A stretch of DNA of 64,000 nucleotides from Eledone cirrhosa (lineage: Eukaryota): positions 54,746,001 through 54,810,000 of the forward strand of contig OZ024744.1 in assembly GCA_964016885.1 (NCBI GenBank), in the 5' to 3' direction. The stretch's first letter is position 1; every line of letters starts with the position of its first letter. The notes under the pieces were generated by a model, which made no database searches, was not told the DNA's origin, and saw nothing but the letters and a program-made list of their open reading frames with translations. Positions 1-12,319 of the stretch are shown here, in pieces. Both the position numbers and the translations under genes were made by a program.

Positions 1-3000
1 AACGATGCTATAAGCTTTTCTGTGTGGGAAATGACAATGGGCTGGGTGGTGTAGGAATCATGGTAGCAGAAAAGTGGGCAGATAAGATAATAGACGTAAA
101 TAGAGTGAACGACAGAATAATTAAAATAAGACTTGTCCTCAATAGAACTACGGTGACAGTAATATCTGCATATGCACCCCAACCCGGACTGCCTGGCATT
201 GTAAAAGACAGATTCTATGAGACGTTAATGCTCACTACCTCCCAAATAACCGACAGTGCCTACATAATTATTGCTGGTGACCTAAATGGTCACATTGGAC
301 AACATTGTGATGGCTATGACGGAATCCATGGAGGCTATGGGTTTGGTACTAGAAATGAGGAAGGCTTCAGAATCCTGGAATTCTGTGACGCAAATAATCT
401 AACTATCTGTAACACTAACTTAAAAAAACGAGACAATCACTTGATCACCTATAGATCAGGGGAACACACCAGCCAGGTAGATTATATCCTTATCAGAAGA
501 GGTGACAGAGTGTCTGTTGTAAACACTAAATCCCTCCCCCATGAAGAATGCACCTCTCAACATAGACTCATAACTAGCGACATCATAGTCAGGACGAGAC
601 GTACTCGATAACAGAAGAGGACTATCCTCAGGAGAAAAATATGGAAGCTAAAGGACCCCACAGCCAGTAATAAATTTCAAAGCATATTACTTGATCCTTT
701 TGATAGTAAGGAAGAGCAATTAGAGTCGTACAATATAGAGGAACAGTGGGAATTCCTGAGAGCTGAAGGCGACAGATGAAACCTGTGGCTGGAGCAGACC
801 TATAGGCAGGAGGAGAGTAACTTGGTGGTGGAACAGTAAGGTGGAGAGGTCAATCAAGGCCAAAAAGCAGGCTTGGATGGGGGGAAGTAGAGAAGACTAT
901 CAAGTGGCTAGAAGGGAAGCTAGGAGACAAGTGTACTTCGCAAGAAGGGAAGCAGAGGAAAGAAAGTTCAAGCATGTTCTACAACGGCGAGGACCAAAAA
1001 CGTGAGGTGTTCAGGATTGCTAGGCAATGTGTCAAGGAAAACCATGATATTGTCAGGGAGAAGAGTGTCCTTAATGATGATGGTGTACTTGCCATCACTG
1101 ACGCTGATAAGAAGGTAGCTTGGAAGTGTCACTACGAAAGGCTACTAAATGAGGAGAATAAATTGGGAGAAAGAGAGTCTCCTCCACATCGATCCAATAG
1201 AGGGACCAGCAGTGCAAGTTGAAGGTAGTATAATAAGTAAGACGATCAAAGACATGAAGACAGGCAAAGCGGCTGGGCCTTCAGAAATAGTTGCTGAAAT
1301 GCTGAAAGCATCTGGAACGGTGGGACACACTATGGTCACCCGGATAGTAAACCAAGTCATACAGAATGGAGTCATTCTGAAGAACTGGCGCAGCAGCATC
1401 ATCATTAATTGCTACAAGGCTAAAGGAAGGAGATGCCCTAGATAGGGGAAACTATAGAGGCATTAAATTAATTGACCAGGTCATGAAGGTCACAGAAAAA
1501 GTAATAGCGCAACTAATCAGAGAGCGAATTGATCTAGATGAAATGCAGTTCGGGTTTGTGTCAAGTAAAAGTACCACAGATGTTCTTTTCCTTGTACGAC
1601 AACTACAGGAGAAGTACCTAGCTAAAAGTAAACCCCTATACTTAGCTTTCGTTGACTTGGAGAAAGCCTTCGACAGAGTACCCTGCTCGATTATCTGGTG
1701 GGCCCTTAGAAAACTAGGTGTTGATGAATGGCTTATGAGAGCTATACAAGCCATGTATAAAGAAACAGTCAGCAAGGTTAGAATTAACAACGAATATAGT
1801 GAAGTGTTTAGCGTAAAAGTTGGTGTTCATCAGGGCTCCATCCTTAGCCCCCTCCTATTTATTATTGCCCTTCAGGCTATAACAGAGGAGTTCAAGACCG
1901 GCTGCCCATGGGAACTTCTATACGCAGATGATCTAAATGGCTGAACCAATGGCTGAACTAGAGAAGAAATTCCAAACATGGAAGCATGGCCTAGAATCAA
2001 AAGGCCTTAAAATTAACCTGTCTAAGACTAAAGTTCTAGTTTGTAGGAAGGAAAATAGGGCACTTGTCCCATCTGGGAAATGGCCATGCTCAGTGTGTAG
2101 GAAAGAAGTAGGCAGAAACTCCATTTTATGTCCCAAATGCAAAGTATAGGTGCATAAAAGATGTAGTGGGATCACAGGTAAGCTAACTAAGAATATAGAT
2201 TTTATATGTGGCCAGTGCTCAGGTGCAATAAGTAGCAGCAAGTGCCCACAGAATACTAGCTCATTCCATTGCACAGATGGTTCTATAGAAATAGTGGACA
2301 CCTTCCGTTACCTGGGTGACAAAATCAGCAGTGGTGGAGGGTGCTCTGAAAGTACTGTAGCTAGAGTCAGAACGGGATGGAAAAAGTTCAGAGAACTTAT
2401 ACCACTATTGGCCGCTAAAGGGTTCTCTCTAAAAATGAAAGGCAAGCTGTATGATGCCTGCATACGAACAGCAATGTTGCATAGCAGTGAGACCTGGGCA
2501 TTGTGTGCAGAGGATATACGCAGACTGGAGAGGAACGAAGCTTGCATGCTCCGTTGGATGTGTAATAGTAATATACGTGAACGGCAAAGTATAAATGAAC
2601 TAAGGGAGAAATTAGGAATAAGAGGAATCAGATGTTATTTACTCGAGAGAAGACTACGTTGGTATGGTCACGTGATGCGCATGAAAGACGACAGCTGTAT
2701 AAAAAAGTGCAGGGCGATAAAAATAGACGGTAGCCACGGAGTAGGCAGACCCAGAAAAACCTGGGACGACTTGATAAATTCCGACCTCACACACTTACAC
2801 CTCTCCAAGACAATGTCACTAGACCGAGATCTTTGGCGCTACACAGTAATACAGAAGACCCGCCTTGCCTAAGTACAAAGCGAAACCTACAGTCAGTAGG
2901 TACCTTTAACAAAAATACACCCCCATCTCACCACCCCCACCCTATCTACACCACCCCTTTCGATGTAAAGTTATGTTGGTACCACAACATCCAGTCCGAA

Positions 3001-3377
3001 ATAAATGAGGTCCTGTAGGTGTCACGACAAAAAAACACACAGTCCTGCTGTAATGTGGCCGTGTAGGTAACACGGTAAAAACCTCCCAGTCCACACTGTA
3101 AACGTGGTTGGTGTTGGGAAAGGCACCCAGCCATAGAAAACCCGCCAGACATGTAGGGGTCACGACAAAAAAACACACAGTCCACGCTGTAATGTGGCCG
3201 TGTAGGTAACACGGTAAAAACCTCCCAGTCCACACTGTAAACGTGGTTGGTGTTAGGAAAGGCATCCAGCCATAGAAAACCCGCCAGACAGTCCTATACA
3301 AGCAAGACAACCAATCTTGCCTCAAGTGGGAAAATTCCCGTCCAAACCCATGCAAGCGTGGAAGATGGACATTAAAC

Positions 3378-3409
<32 letters not shown>
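1..3409 (+). mobile_element. RTE-clade LINE, family A, near full-length but disrupted (APE endonuclease + RT + internal PHD finger + 3'UTR + (GAT)n tail); runs off the window start
   Basis: ORF 24-611 has APE motifs (SAYAPQ, GDLNGH, SQVDYIL, SQHRL). ORFs 1149-1944 have RT motifs (QFGF, FVDLEKAFDRV, GVHQGSILSP, LLYADD). ORF 2150-2872 has FRYLG, RRLRWYGHVMR, GRPRKTW. Several frameshifts and stops. Ends ...GGACATTAAAC(GAT)n at about 3378-3409. Confidence 0.95.
24..2872 (+). pseudogene. Disrupted RTE ORF (apurinic endonuclease-reverse transcriptase)
   Basis: Collinear ORF fragments 24-611, 974-1222, 1149-1445, 1483-1944, 1937-2149 and 2150-2872. TAG at 2147-2149 replaces the TGG (Trp) seen in the sister copy near 45727. 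Confidence 0.92.
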
Positions 3410-3410
<1 letters not shown>

Positions 3411-3435
3411 ATTATTTGTACAGATTAAAATTTAA

Positions 3436-3643
3436 CCCTTTAGCATTTACATTACTCTATATATACTATAGTATTTTCATGGTAAACACTTTATTTCATA
3501 TAATATCGAATCTATGAGATTTTGATGTTATTTATTTTGAGAACAATACCTTAATATCAGTATGCGTGGCTAGTTATGGCCAGTTAGAACAGAAAGATGT
3601 AAGAGAATTCTGGCCGGATATGGCTGGTTTAAATGCTAAAGGG
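3436..3643. mobile_element. TTAA-flanked MITE (piggyBac-like non-autonomous), copy 1
   Basis: TTAA|CCCTTTAGCATTTA ... TAAATGCTAAAGGG|TTAA terminal inverted repeats; five further copies in the window. Confidence 0.85.
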
Positions 3644-3849
3644 TTAAGCAAAGAACACATGCATACACTCATGCATCCCATACACAGAGCACAAGACGAA
3701 CAGTTTTGTCAGACAGCAAATCAACAATTATACTGGCAGATTGAAATCATTCCTTGCAGCAGTAAAAAAAAAAAAAAAATGAATGCTGCCTGGTACTGTC
3801 ATGCAATCTGAGACATTACCCTGTCTAAACCCTTTCTCCTTGTCACAGT

Positions 3850-3988
3850 TGAAAGAATGTGAAGAAAGGGCAGACAGAGAAAATCCTTGTCCATCAACAT
3901 CAAGTAATACAAGTAGTACAAGTAATACAAGTAGTACAAGTAATAACAGTGTGAGCCTTTTACACATAATGGAGGACTGAGACCAGTG
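3850..3988 (+). other. Candidate exon of an unidentified host transcript
   Basis: Polypyrimidine acceptor ctttctccttgtcacag, open frame LKECEERADRENPCPSTSS...IMED*, then donor G|GTGAGT at 3989. Not repeated elsewhere in the window; no homology recognised. Confidence 0.3.
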
Positions 3989-4072
3989 GTGAGTACTGGC
4001 TGTAAAAATATCTAAACGGGGCAAACCAAACACAGGAACATATGATATGAATGGACCTCCATTGGTTTAAAT

Positions 4073-4753
4073 CAAAGGTTCTCAACAGGGGGCATATGCA
4101 CCCCCGGGGGGCGTTTGGGAGCAAGGTCACATTAGGGGGGCGTTTGGAGCTGGGGGAGGAGGGTTAGGGGGCGCTGGAAGACTCTTTATTTTGGTAAGTT
4201 TTATAAGCCATATTTGTATGTCTTTGAGACAGCCAGTGTGAATGCATTTGAATGAGCTTGCAGACAGTATAACTATGGTCTGACCGCAGCTGTGAGCAGG
4301 TGTGCAGGCATGTCCGGTAATTGAGACATTAACCGGTAATTGAGATCCTATAAATGGAAAAACCCACAGTCATCTGGGCCAAAGACACTTTGAGCGCAGC
4401 CAGTTAGAATCTTATCTTTCCTTCACCGATAACAATGTATTTCATGTCTGAAATTATTGACTCAATTGCAACGAGTTAACACTGTGTAGATCTATTTTAT
4501 TCCCTATTGTATAAATAATATTACAAATAAAAAAAAAGAAAAGAAAAAACAGAAGCGAGTAGCACACACATCTAGGACCACATACAACACATAAGCAGAT
4601 AATACACACATCTTTGGAATATTTTTAATCAATTTTTAGTAATCTACTGATATAAAAATCAGTAGTATATTGAAAAATGGAAAAATAGGGGGGGGGGGCG
4701 TGATTTCGATGGACAAAAGGGGGCGTTTGGCATAAATGGGTTGAGAACCTGTG
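4073..4753. mobile_element. hAT-superfamily non-autonomous DNA transposon (Charlie-like ends)
   Basis: TIRs CAAAGGTTCTCAAC / GTTGAGAACCTGTG; 8-bp TSD GTTTAAAT at 4065-4072 and 4754-4761; subterminal GGGGGCGTTTGG repeats. Confidence 0.9.
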
Positions 4754-4819
4754 GTTTAAATGATAACTATTTCACAGAGGGCGGTGGAAGCATTTCTGAA
4801 TATTACACACACCAAATTT

Positions 4820-4942
4820 GGTCAATTTAGTTGTAGCAATTAGTTTAACTTTGCCTTTCATCCTTACGGGGTCGATAAAATAAAGTACCAGTAATGCACT
4901 GGGTAATTGCTGGCCTTGTGCCTAATGTAGAAACAATTATTA
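4820..4942 (+). mobile_element. SINE family 2 (probable Meta-domain type), 3' part
   Basis: AACTTTGCCTTTCATCCTTACGGGGTCGATAAAATAAAGTACCAG...GGCCTTGTGCC..GTAGAAACAATTATT, shared with about ten other copies in the window. Confidence 0.75.
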
Positions 4943-5104
4943 AATATCAACCAAGATATTAGAAAACTGTGATAAATATAACATGTACATAAATTGTAGC
5001 ACATATACAAATAGATGTGTGTTTTGGTATTTGGGGAGAAAAAATATAATTATTGGAGGGGGGGGGGGGGGGGGTGTTCACCCTGCCCCCCACTCCACCA
5101 CCCC

Positions 5105-5370
5105 TGTTTCAGTTGTTTGATTAATGGAACAGCCTGCTCAGGAAATTAATGTGTTAGCAGTATGACACTGTATGTGACAAGGTTGGCTTCTTTGAATTAC
5201 ATCTGTCAAACTTCCAAACAGTTCCCATTTATCCAATTTCCCTCACAAGGCATGGGTCAACCCAAGGCTATGGTCAATAATACTTGCCCGAAATATCATG
5301 TAGTGAGATCAAACTCTAAACCTAATGGATTACAAAGTGAAACCGGTAACTCTTCAGCCATGCTGCAAGC
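5105..5370 (-). mobile_element. SINE family 3, degenerate
   Basis: Reverse complement resembles the copies at 49325-49670 and 53010-53250. Confidence 0.5.
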
Positions 5371-5379
5371 ACTGGTATT

Positions 5380-7160
5380 TATCATCATCATTATCATCAT
5401 CCCTGTTTAACGTCCATTTTTCCATGTTAGCATGGGTTAGAGGAATTGTCCAGTTGAGAGCAATGCCAGGTCAAGTGACCTTGTATTGCTCATACAGGAC
5501 TGATTTTGGGTTGGTTTCTACAGCTTGATGCCCTTCCTAACACCAACCTTATTTACAGTGAGTACTGGGTGATTTTTGCTGTGACATCTACATGACTACT
5601 TTACAATGTGGGCTGGGTGCTTCACTAGATGTATACCTCAGACTGTCCTCCTAGGAGATGTATAGGAGGGTGGAGTGGTGCATACTATGTATATGCTTCA
5701 GCTTCAGCTGTGCCCGTGGGAAGTCGGGTCCTCTGTATTACTGTGTAACGCCAGAGATCTCGATCCTGTATCATATTCTTTGAGATGTGCAATTGGGCAT
5801 GGTCAGCTTTTATCACCTCATCACAAGTCTTCCTGGGTCTCCCCACTCCAAGGCTTCCATCAACTTTGAACACTGTGCACCTTTTTATACACCTGTCATC
5901 CTTCATATGCATGTCAATACCAACATAATCTCCTCTCCTGCACACTGCATCTGATGCCTCTTATGCCTAGATTCTCTCTCAGTTCATTTATGCTTTGCCG
6001 TTCATGTATATTACTATTACATATTCAAGCAAGCTTCATTTCTTTCCAATACTAGGTCTCAATACCATGCAACATTGCTGTTTGTATGCATGATACAGCC
6101 TGCCTTTCATTTTGAGGGGGAAAACCTTTCGTAGTTAGCAGTGGTAGTAACACCCTGAACTTCTTCCATCCTGTTCTTACTCTGGCTACTGTACTTTCAG
6201 AACACCCACCTCCACTGCTAATTCAGTCACCTGGGTTGCAGAAGCTGTCTACTGTTTCTACCGACCCCTCCCAGAATTTGATAGCACTTCTTTCCTGTGG
6301 TCGTTTGCTGCTTACTGTCTCAGTGCAACTGCTACATGTAAAGCCTAGTTCCTTAGCTAAACTTCCTGAGATCTCACTACATCTCTTATGTACCCATAGT
6401 TCACATTTGGGGCAGATGATGGAATTTCTGCCTATGCCTTTTCTACATACTGAACAAAGCCTTTTCCCTGAGGAATGAGGGTTCAGTTTTCTCTTCTACT
6501 TACTAGGACCTTAATCTTTGTCAGGTTGACTTTAAGACACTTTTATTTTAGGCCCTGCTTCCATGTTTGGAATTTCTTCACTAGTTCCACCATAGATTCC
6601 TCTATGAGTGTAAGATCATCCTCATACAGGAGTTCCTATGGGCAGCCAGTCTTAAACTCCTGTGTTATAGCCTGCAGTACAATAATAAACAGGAGGGGGC
6701 TAAGAACAGAGCCCTGGTAGACGCCAACCAATAAGCTAAATTCCTCTCTATAGTCATTGTTAATCCTAACTTTGACTGCTCCCTTATACATGGCTTGTAC
6801 AGCCTTCACAAGCCACTCATCTACTCCTAGTTTTCTAAGAGCCCACCAGATTATGACATGGGGCACTCAATCAAAAGCTTTCTGCAGATCAATAAATGCC
6901 AGGTAGAGCAACTTACTTTTAGCTTTTAGCTAGGTACTTTTCCTGTAGCTGCTTCACCAGGAAGAGAGCATCTGAGGTGCTTTTGCCTAATACAAATCCA
7001 AACTGCATCTTATCTGTCCCTAATCAGCTGTGCTATAACTCTTTCTGTCACTTTTATGACTTGGTCCGTCAACTTAATTATAGTTTCCTCTATCTAGTGA
7101 ATCTCCTTTACTCTTGTAGCAGTTCACAATGTTGCAGCTGTGCCAATCATTCAGTATGAC
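5380..7160 (-). mobile_element. RTE LINE family A-related, old degenerate 5'-truncated copy
   Basis: Minus-strand peptides IIWWALRKLGVDEWLVKAVQAMY..GVYQGSVLSPLLF and GRPRKT; (GAT)n tail reads as (ATC)n at 5381-5400. Confidence 0.88.
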
Positions 7161-7169
7161 ACCATTTAG

Positions 7170-7575
7170 TATATATATTTATATACATACTAATTTAAAG
7201 TATCATAACATATATAATATGTATGATGAATATATTTCTCAGCCGAAAAGCTCAATAGATGTTTGTCCAGAGCATCAATAATTTATAGAAATATACTTAT
7301 ATACATATATTTTTTTATTTGAATTATTGATGCTCGTCTATGTTCAAAAGACCATCTAAGGTACACTGCATAGTCATCAAGCCTGTCGAACGCTTGTAAT
7401 GGAAAATTTCCAAATAAATTATTGTCAAAACCTATCATACATACTTATTCTTCACTGTATATACTTCGCCTGGACCACCAGCTGTTATCTGGACTGTTTC
7501 TGACCGTTGAGTGCTTACCTCAGGATACTTCAAGATACACCAGTTGGAGTGATGGATGGTAATTGCCACTTCTTT
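7170..7575 (-). mobile_element. Possible Penelope-like pseudo-LTR remnant with local inverted repeat
   Basis: IR GAGCATCAATAATT / AATTATTGATGCTC at about 7270-7335; minus strand TATCTTGAAG...GAAACAGTCCAGATA resembles a decayed hammerhead; TA-rich flank. Confidence 0.3.
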
Positions 7576-7604
7576 AGAGAAGACCATCTTTTCACTTGAA
7601 TTTT

Positions 7605-7790
7605 GTAATAATTGTTTCTACTTTTGGCACAAGGCCAGCAATTATCCCAGTGCATTACTGGTACTTTATTTTATTTAAGGATGAAAGGCAAAGTTAACCT
7701 CAGCGGTATTTGAATTCAGACCGTAAAGGGATGTAACTATGCTGGAAAGCAGGGCGTCCAACCCTCTACCGATGCTGCCAATTCATCGCA
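7605..7790 (-). mobile_element. SINE family 2, near full-length
   Basis: Reverse complement of the copy at 53280-53472. Confidence 0.8.
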
Positions 7791-8199
7791 TTTTCCAAAT
7801 TTTGTAATAATAAGCACCAGAAGGCATGCTTGTGGCTCTTCTGTCAAGCTTCACTTTTGTAAGTTTTGTTGCAGACTTTTCTTTGATTTTTGACATTCAC
7901 CTAGTCTTTGTGCACTCTTACAGGACTTTTTCTCAACTGCTGCAGGCCCAGATATTTTGTTACAGAATTGACACAAATTATATATAGGTTGGTGAGCAAG
8001 GACCTGTACACAGTCAGACTGTGACTTTTTGCCGTCATAAGATCTCATGTGACTAACCACATCCAGTTTTAGACAAACACACCCTACTGCAGATGTTAAA
8101 ACATGTTCAGGATGAAAAGGTCAAGTCCTGTTTAAAAAGTGATCACTTATCCATGTTTCAAATACTTTACGTTCATTATAGATTACTTTTTTCACCTAA

Positions 8200-8412
8200 C
8201 CCTTTAGCATTTAAACCAGCCATATCTGAATTCCCTCATCTCTTTCTGTTCAAACCGGACATATCAGGCTGCTCATACTTAAGTTAAGGTATTGTTTTCA
8301 AAATAAATAATATCAAAATCTCATAGATTCAATATTATGCGAAATATAATGCGATAAAGCCTTTACCATGAAAATATAATAGTAAATATAGAGTAATGTA
8401 AATGCTAAAGGA
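8200..8412. mobile_element. TTAA-flanked MITE, copy 2 (opposite orientation)
   Basis: CCCTTTAGCATTTA...TAAATGCTAAAGGA|TTAA; internal sequence is the reverse complement of 3436-3643. Confidence 0.8.
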
Positions 8413-8588
8413 TTAATGCAAGCTTGAGAACAAAAGAGAACAAAAGGGCAGTTATGACATACGATTCTCAGGCCCTGTCCTTGGTTTTGATGGTGGTGCC
8501 TCAGTCAGACCACAGACACTTTTCAATCTTTCCAAAAGCTTTGCAGGCTTTTTTAATTCTTACATTTATTTCAGAATCACGGTATCTG

Positions 8589-9014
8589 TTTTACGTCTAT
8601 TCTTCCACGCTAGCATGGGTTAGACGGGTTGTCCTGTTGTGGGCAGTGTCCGGTCGGCTGACCTTGTCTTGCTCATACGGAAACTGATTCTGGCTTGATT
8701 TCTACAGCTTGATGCCCTTCCTAACACCAACCTCATTTACAGTGAAGTGCTGGGTGCTTTTTTTTCCGTGGCGCCTACACGTCCACTTTACAGTGTGGGC
8801 TGGGTACTTTTTTGCTGTGGCACCTCCACGACCACTTTGCAGTGGAATGATAGGGACCCCAGTCCTATCATCTCATTTCTACAGCTGAGTAAACTGGAGC
8901 AATGTGAAATAAAGTGTCTTGCTCAAGGAAACAACACATCACCCAGTCCAAGAATTAAACTCACAACTTTTTGATTGCAAGCCCAATGCTCTAACCACTA
9001 AGCCATGCGCCATC
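8589..9014 (-). mobile_element. tRNA-derived CORE-type SINE (family 1) with RTE family-A-type tail
   Basis: Minus strand: A box TGGCTTAGTGG, B box GAGTTTAATTC, CORE-like CCTTGAGCAAGACACTT...CAGCTGTAGAAATGAG, tail CCCGTCTAACCCATGCTAGCGTGGAAG. Confidence 0.85.
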
Positions 9015-9179
9015 TTTAGTTAATATATTTGTCACCTTGGTAGTTTTGTATCCCTCATGATTTATGTCTATTTATGTGTCTTTCTCTCTTTACTGTCTTA
9101 TAAAGAGCTCGGAATTTCTACCTTGAGCTTATGTGATTATAAGGGAACATTGTGAGTTTTTTACTCAACATTTTAATTT

Positions 9180-9531
9180 TGATATATATACACACATACC
9201 TACACACACAGACATATATATACATACATGCATGCATACATATATACATACATATGCATATCCGTACAAATGTATGTACATAAATACGTATGTATATATG
9301 TAAGTAGTTATGTACATATGTATGCATGTATATATGTATGTAGATATGTATGTATGTATATATATATGTATGTATGTATATATATATTCATACATATGTA
9401 CATACATATGTATGAATATGTGTATGTATGTGTGTAAAAAGCATGAGTTCATATTTGTACCCTCTTGCTTACCTTTTTTAGATCCCCGTTTCTCTCTCTT
9501 TCTCTCTTTGTCTCCTTCTCTCACTCTCATA

Positions 9532-9594
<63 letters not shown>

Positions 9595-9700
9595 ACTGTA
9601 CTCTCCCCCCTACCTCACTCTCTCTCTCTCTCCCTTCTCTCTCTCAGTTCCCCCTCACCTCACTATATTTTCCCTTCCCCTATCCCTATATCTCTCCCTC
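9180..9700. repeat. Compound microsatellite (TA/TATG)n followed by (TC)n
   Basis: Direct inspection. Confidence 0.95.
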
Positions 9701-10309
9701 CCTGGATCTAATATAGTTACATAACAACATACAAAGGTCAAATATTTCCATTACACCACAACTTACTGACTAACCACCAGACTTAAGTTGTAAATACCTT
9801 TAAAACAGCAGAAGTTGTATTGTTTTCTTACATATTTAACAATCTAATTGTATAAATAGACATGTCATATACTAAGTGACTTTTCTATTTTTTTCTTTTT
9901 TAATTTAATTTAACTATTTTTTTTTTCATTGTTTTTTAAATCTGTGTATTTTTTTTCTCTCTAAAATGATTTGTGTACTGTCATGGCTGTGTGACTAAAG
10001 AGTTCACTTCACAAACATGTGGTTCTGGGTTCAATCCCCTTGGGTGGCATTTTGAGTAAAGTGTCTTCAACTACAGATGTTCTTCCTTTCATCAACCAGA
10101 GTGTACAAGGTATATTTTTATCATGACACCTGCTCTACCATTTTCAGTGCTGACTGGGTACATTTTATGTCACCAGTTCTCCCTCTCTAGAGAATGTACT
10201 GGGTATATTTTATCATGCCTCGGTCACTGCCACTTTACAGAGTGTACTGGGTGTATTTTATCATGGCACCAGCTCTAGATAGATTGTCCCTAGATTTACC
10301 CTGCATATC

Positions 10310-11035
10310 TACACCCTTAGGCAGAGAAACAGTCCACCTTCCTGACAATATTATTAGTTCTGACTTATCATGTTGGCTTCAATCACTACCACACTGTCGA
10401 AATATTGCCTCCCTCTGCCTTTTCTATAATTTTCTATATTTTCATGGCAATTGTTCTGATGACCTTTTCTTTTTGATATCTCATCCTCACAAGTTTAAAC
10501 AGAGCACCACATTGGCAACAAGGTCTCATCTTTTTACAGCTTCTTCTTCTTTTCATATCTTCGAGCCATGTAGTTATATGACAGTTTCCCATTTCTTTAC
10601 ACAGTCCTTTGCATTATTATTTAATTCTGCGAGATCTTTTAAGCTGCACTGGTTGGGTAGTAGAGGGCAAACAAGGCAGTGCTGCATTGTATGGTCCTCC
10701 CCTCCACATTCGCAGATGGACCCATGGTGCTCCTGAGACAGGAGGGAGGGCTTCAGAAGGGGGGGGGGGGGATTCCCATGTCAATAGGAGGGGAGTTATT
10801 CTCTAGCTTTCTAGTCCATAGCTGTAGTCTGGTCTTCCTGAGATGTTGTTAAAAGGTATTTACAGCTGAAGTTCCTAAATGTAATCACAAATACTATTCT
10901 GATAGTTTCTTCCCTCACACATCTCGCTTAGGGAAGCCTCGTCCAGCTTCTTGCTTTCCTGACCACTACAATTTGCAGAAATTCAAAAGCAACATCATTG
11001 AGGATTGTAGTGCACCTGAGCACTGTACACAATAT
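10310..11035 (+). mobile_element. CR1/Jockey-group LINE 3' fragment, split by an insertion
   Basis: Peptide LQSLPHCRNIASLCLFY..FHGNCSDDL..ATRSHLFT resumes after 10867 as EVPKCNHKYYSDSFFPHTSRL, a typical C-terminus of this group. Confidence 0.6.
10542..10858 (-). mobile_element. Short retroposed insertion with (AAG)n tail nested in the CR1/Jockey fragment
   Basis: 9-bp TSD TTTACAGCT at 10533-10541 and 10859-10867; (TTC)n at the left end. Confidence 0.65.
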
Positions 11036-11571
11036 TTTCATAATTATCATTATTATCATGTGTGTCCTTCTCCTTGAATAATATTCTTTCTGTCTTGACA
11101 TTTTACCTTCTCACTAACCTCTTACATTTTAGTGGCTTTATTGCCTTGCTTGAAGTGAGTAAATTAAAAAAAATTTCAACTGAAGGCTCTGAAACCAAGC
11201 GAACATCCCTAGTGTTAAATGGAATATCCTGGACAGGACATCAAATGGATCTGTAATCACAGATCTATCAGACTTAATGGTGTCATTAAGCCATCTATTT
11301 ATTTACTTCTACATGCACAGTGACTGAATAAGACTGGTGTTGTTAACTAACCAACATCACCAACCAAAGGAGACCCTGTATAACATGTTTCTAAAGTGCT
11401 TTCTCTATTTTTTTCTTACTTATTTAAAAAGCATCTGAGGCAGTTGGATATGTTCATGTCTATGAAACCACTGGTAATGAATGCATGAATGAGAAAACTT
11501 TCAGTGTGAAATTATATATGTGTAAATATATATATATGTGTGTATGAGAGTGTGCATGTAAATATATCACC

Positions 11572-12211
11572 ATCTTCATCATCATTTTACGTCTGCTTTC
11601 CTTGCTTGTAAGGGTGGGACAGGTCCTTTTCAGCACAGCATCTCTCCATTTGTCATAATCCTTCGTCATCTCCTCTGTGAGCTTCAGTAATCTGAGGTCT
11701 GCTCTCACCACCTCCACCCATGTTTTTCGTGGTCTTCCTCTACTGTGTCTTCCTTCCACTGGGATTTCATGGCACTTCTTTACCCAGCAGTCATCCTCCA
11801 TGTGCATCACATGTCCATACCATCTCAGCCTTCTCTCCTGCACACCACAACTTATCCCTCTTATACCCAGTTTCTTTCTCAACACATCCATGCTTGGTCG
11901 TTCACGCACATTGACATTACACATCCAACGGAGCATGCTTGCTTCATTTCTCTCCAGCCATCGCATATCCTCTGCAGTTGCTGCCCATGTCTCACTACCA
12001 TGCAACATCACGCATCTCACACAGGCATCATATAACTGATCTTTTGTTCGAAGGGAGAAACCTTTCTTTGTCAACAGAGGAAGCAACTCCCTAAACTTCT
12101 TCCAGCACGTCCTTATTCTAGATTCTATGGTCTCAGAGCACCCTCCTCCCTTCCTAATCTGATCACCTAGGTATCGGAAGCTATCAACCACCTCTATAGA
12201 TCCTACCTGCA
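11572..12211 (-). mobile_element. RTE LINE family B, 5'-truncated
   Basis: ORF 11460-12212: IEVVDSFRYLG...RRLRWYGHVMHM...GRPRKTW; very short 3' end CCCACCCTTACAAGCAAGGAAAGCAGACGTAAAA(TGA)n. Confidence 0.92.
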
Positions 12212-12319
12212 TATATATATGTATGTTCAGTAAAAAAGTTGTTTTGGTAAAAACAGGAGTAAGCAGGAGAAAGCTCTCTTCATTCGAAGTGTGTAGTTAC
12301 AATGGAGATTCAATGTTAT

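Noticed and set aside
1-2872. Active retrotransposon or domesticated RT gene
   Set aside because: Multiple frameshifts and premature stops.
7851-8060. C2H2 zinc-finger-like ORF (SHMRSYDGKK, LCQFCNK)
   Set aside because: Cys/His spacing does not complete a finger; short, with no supporting exon structure.
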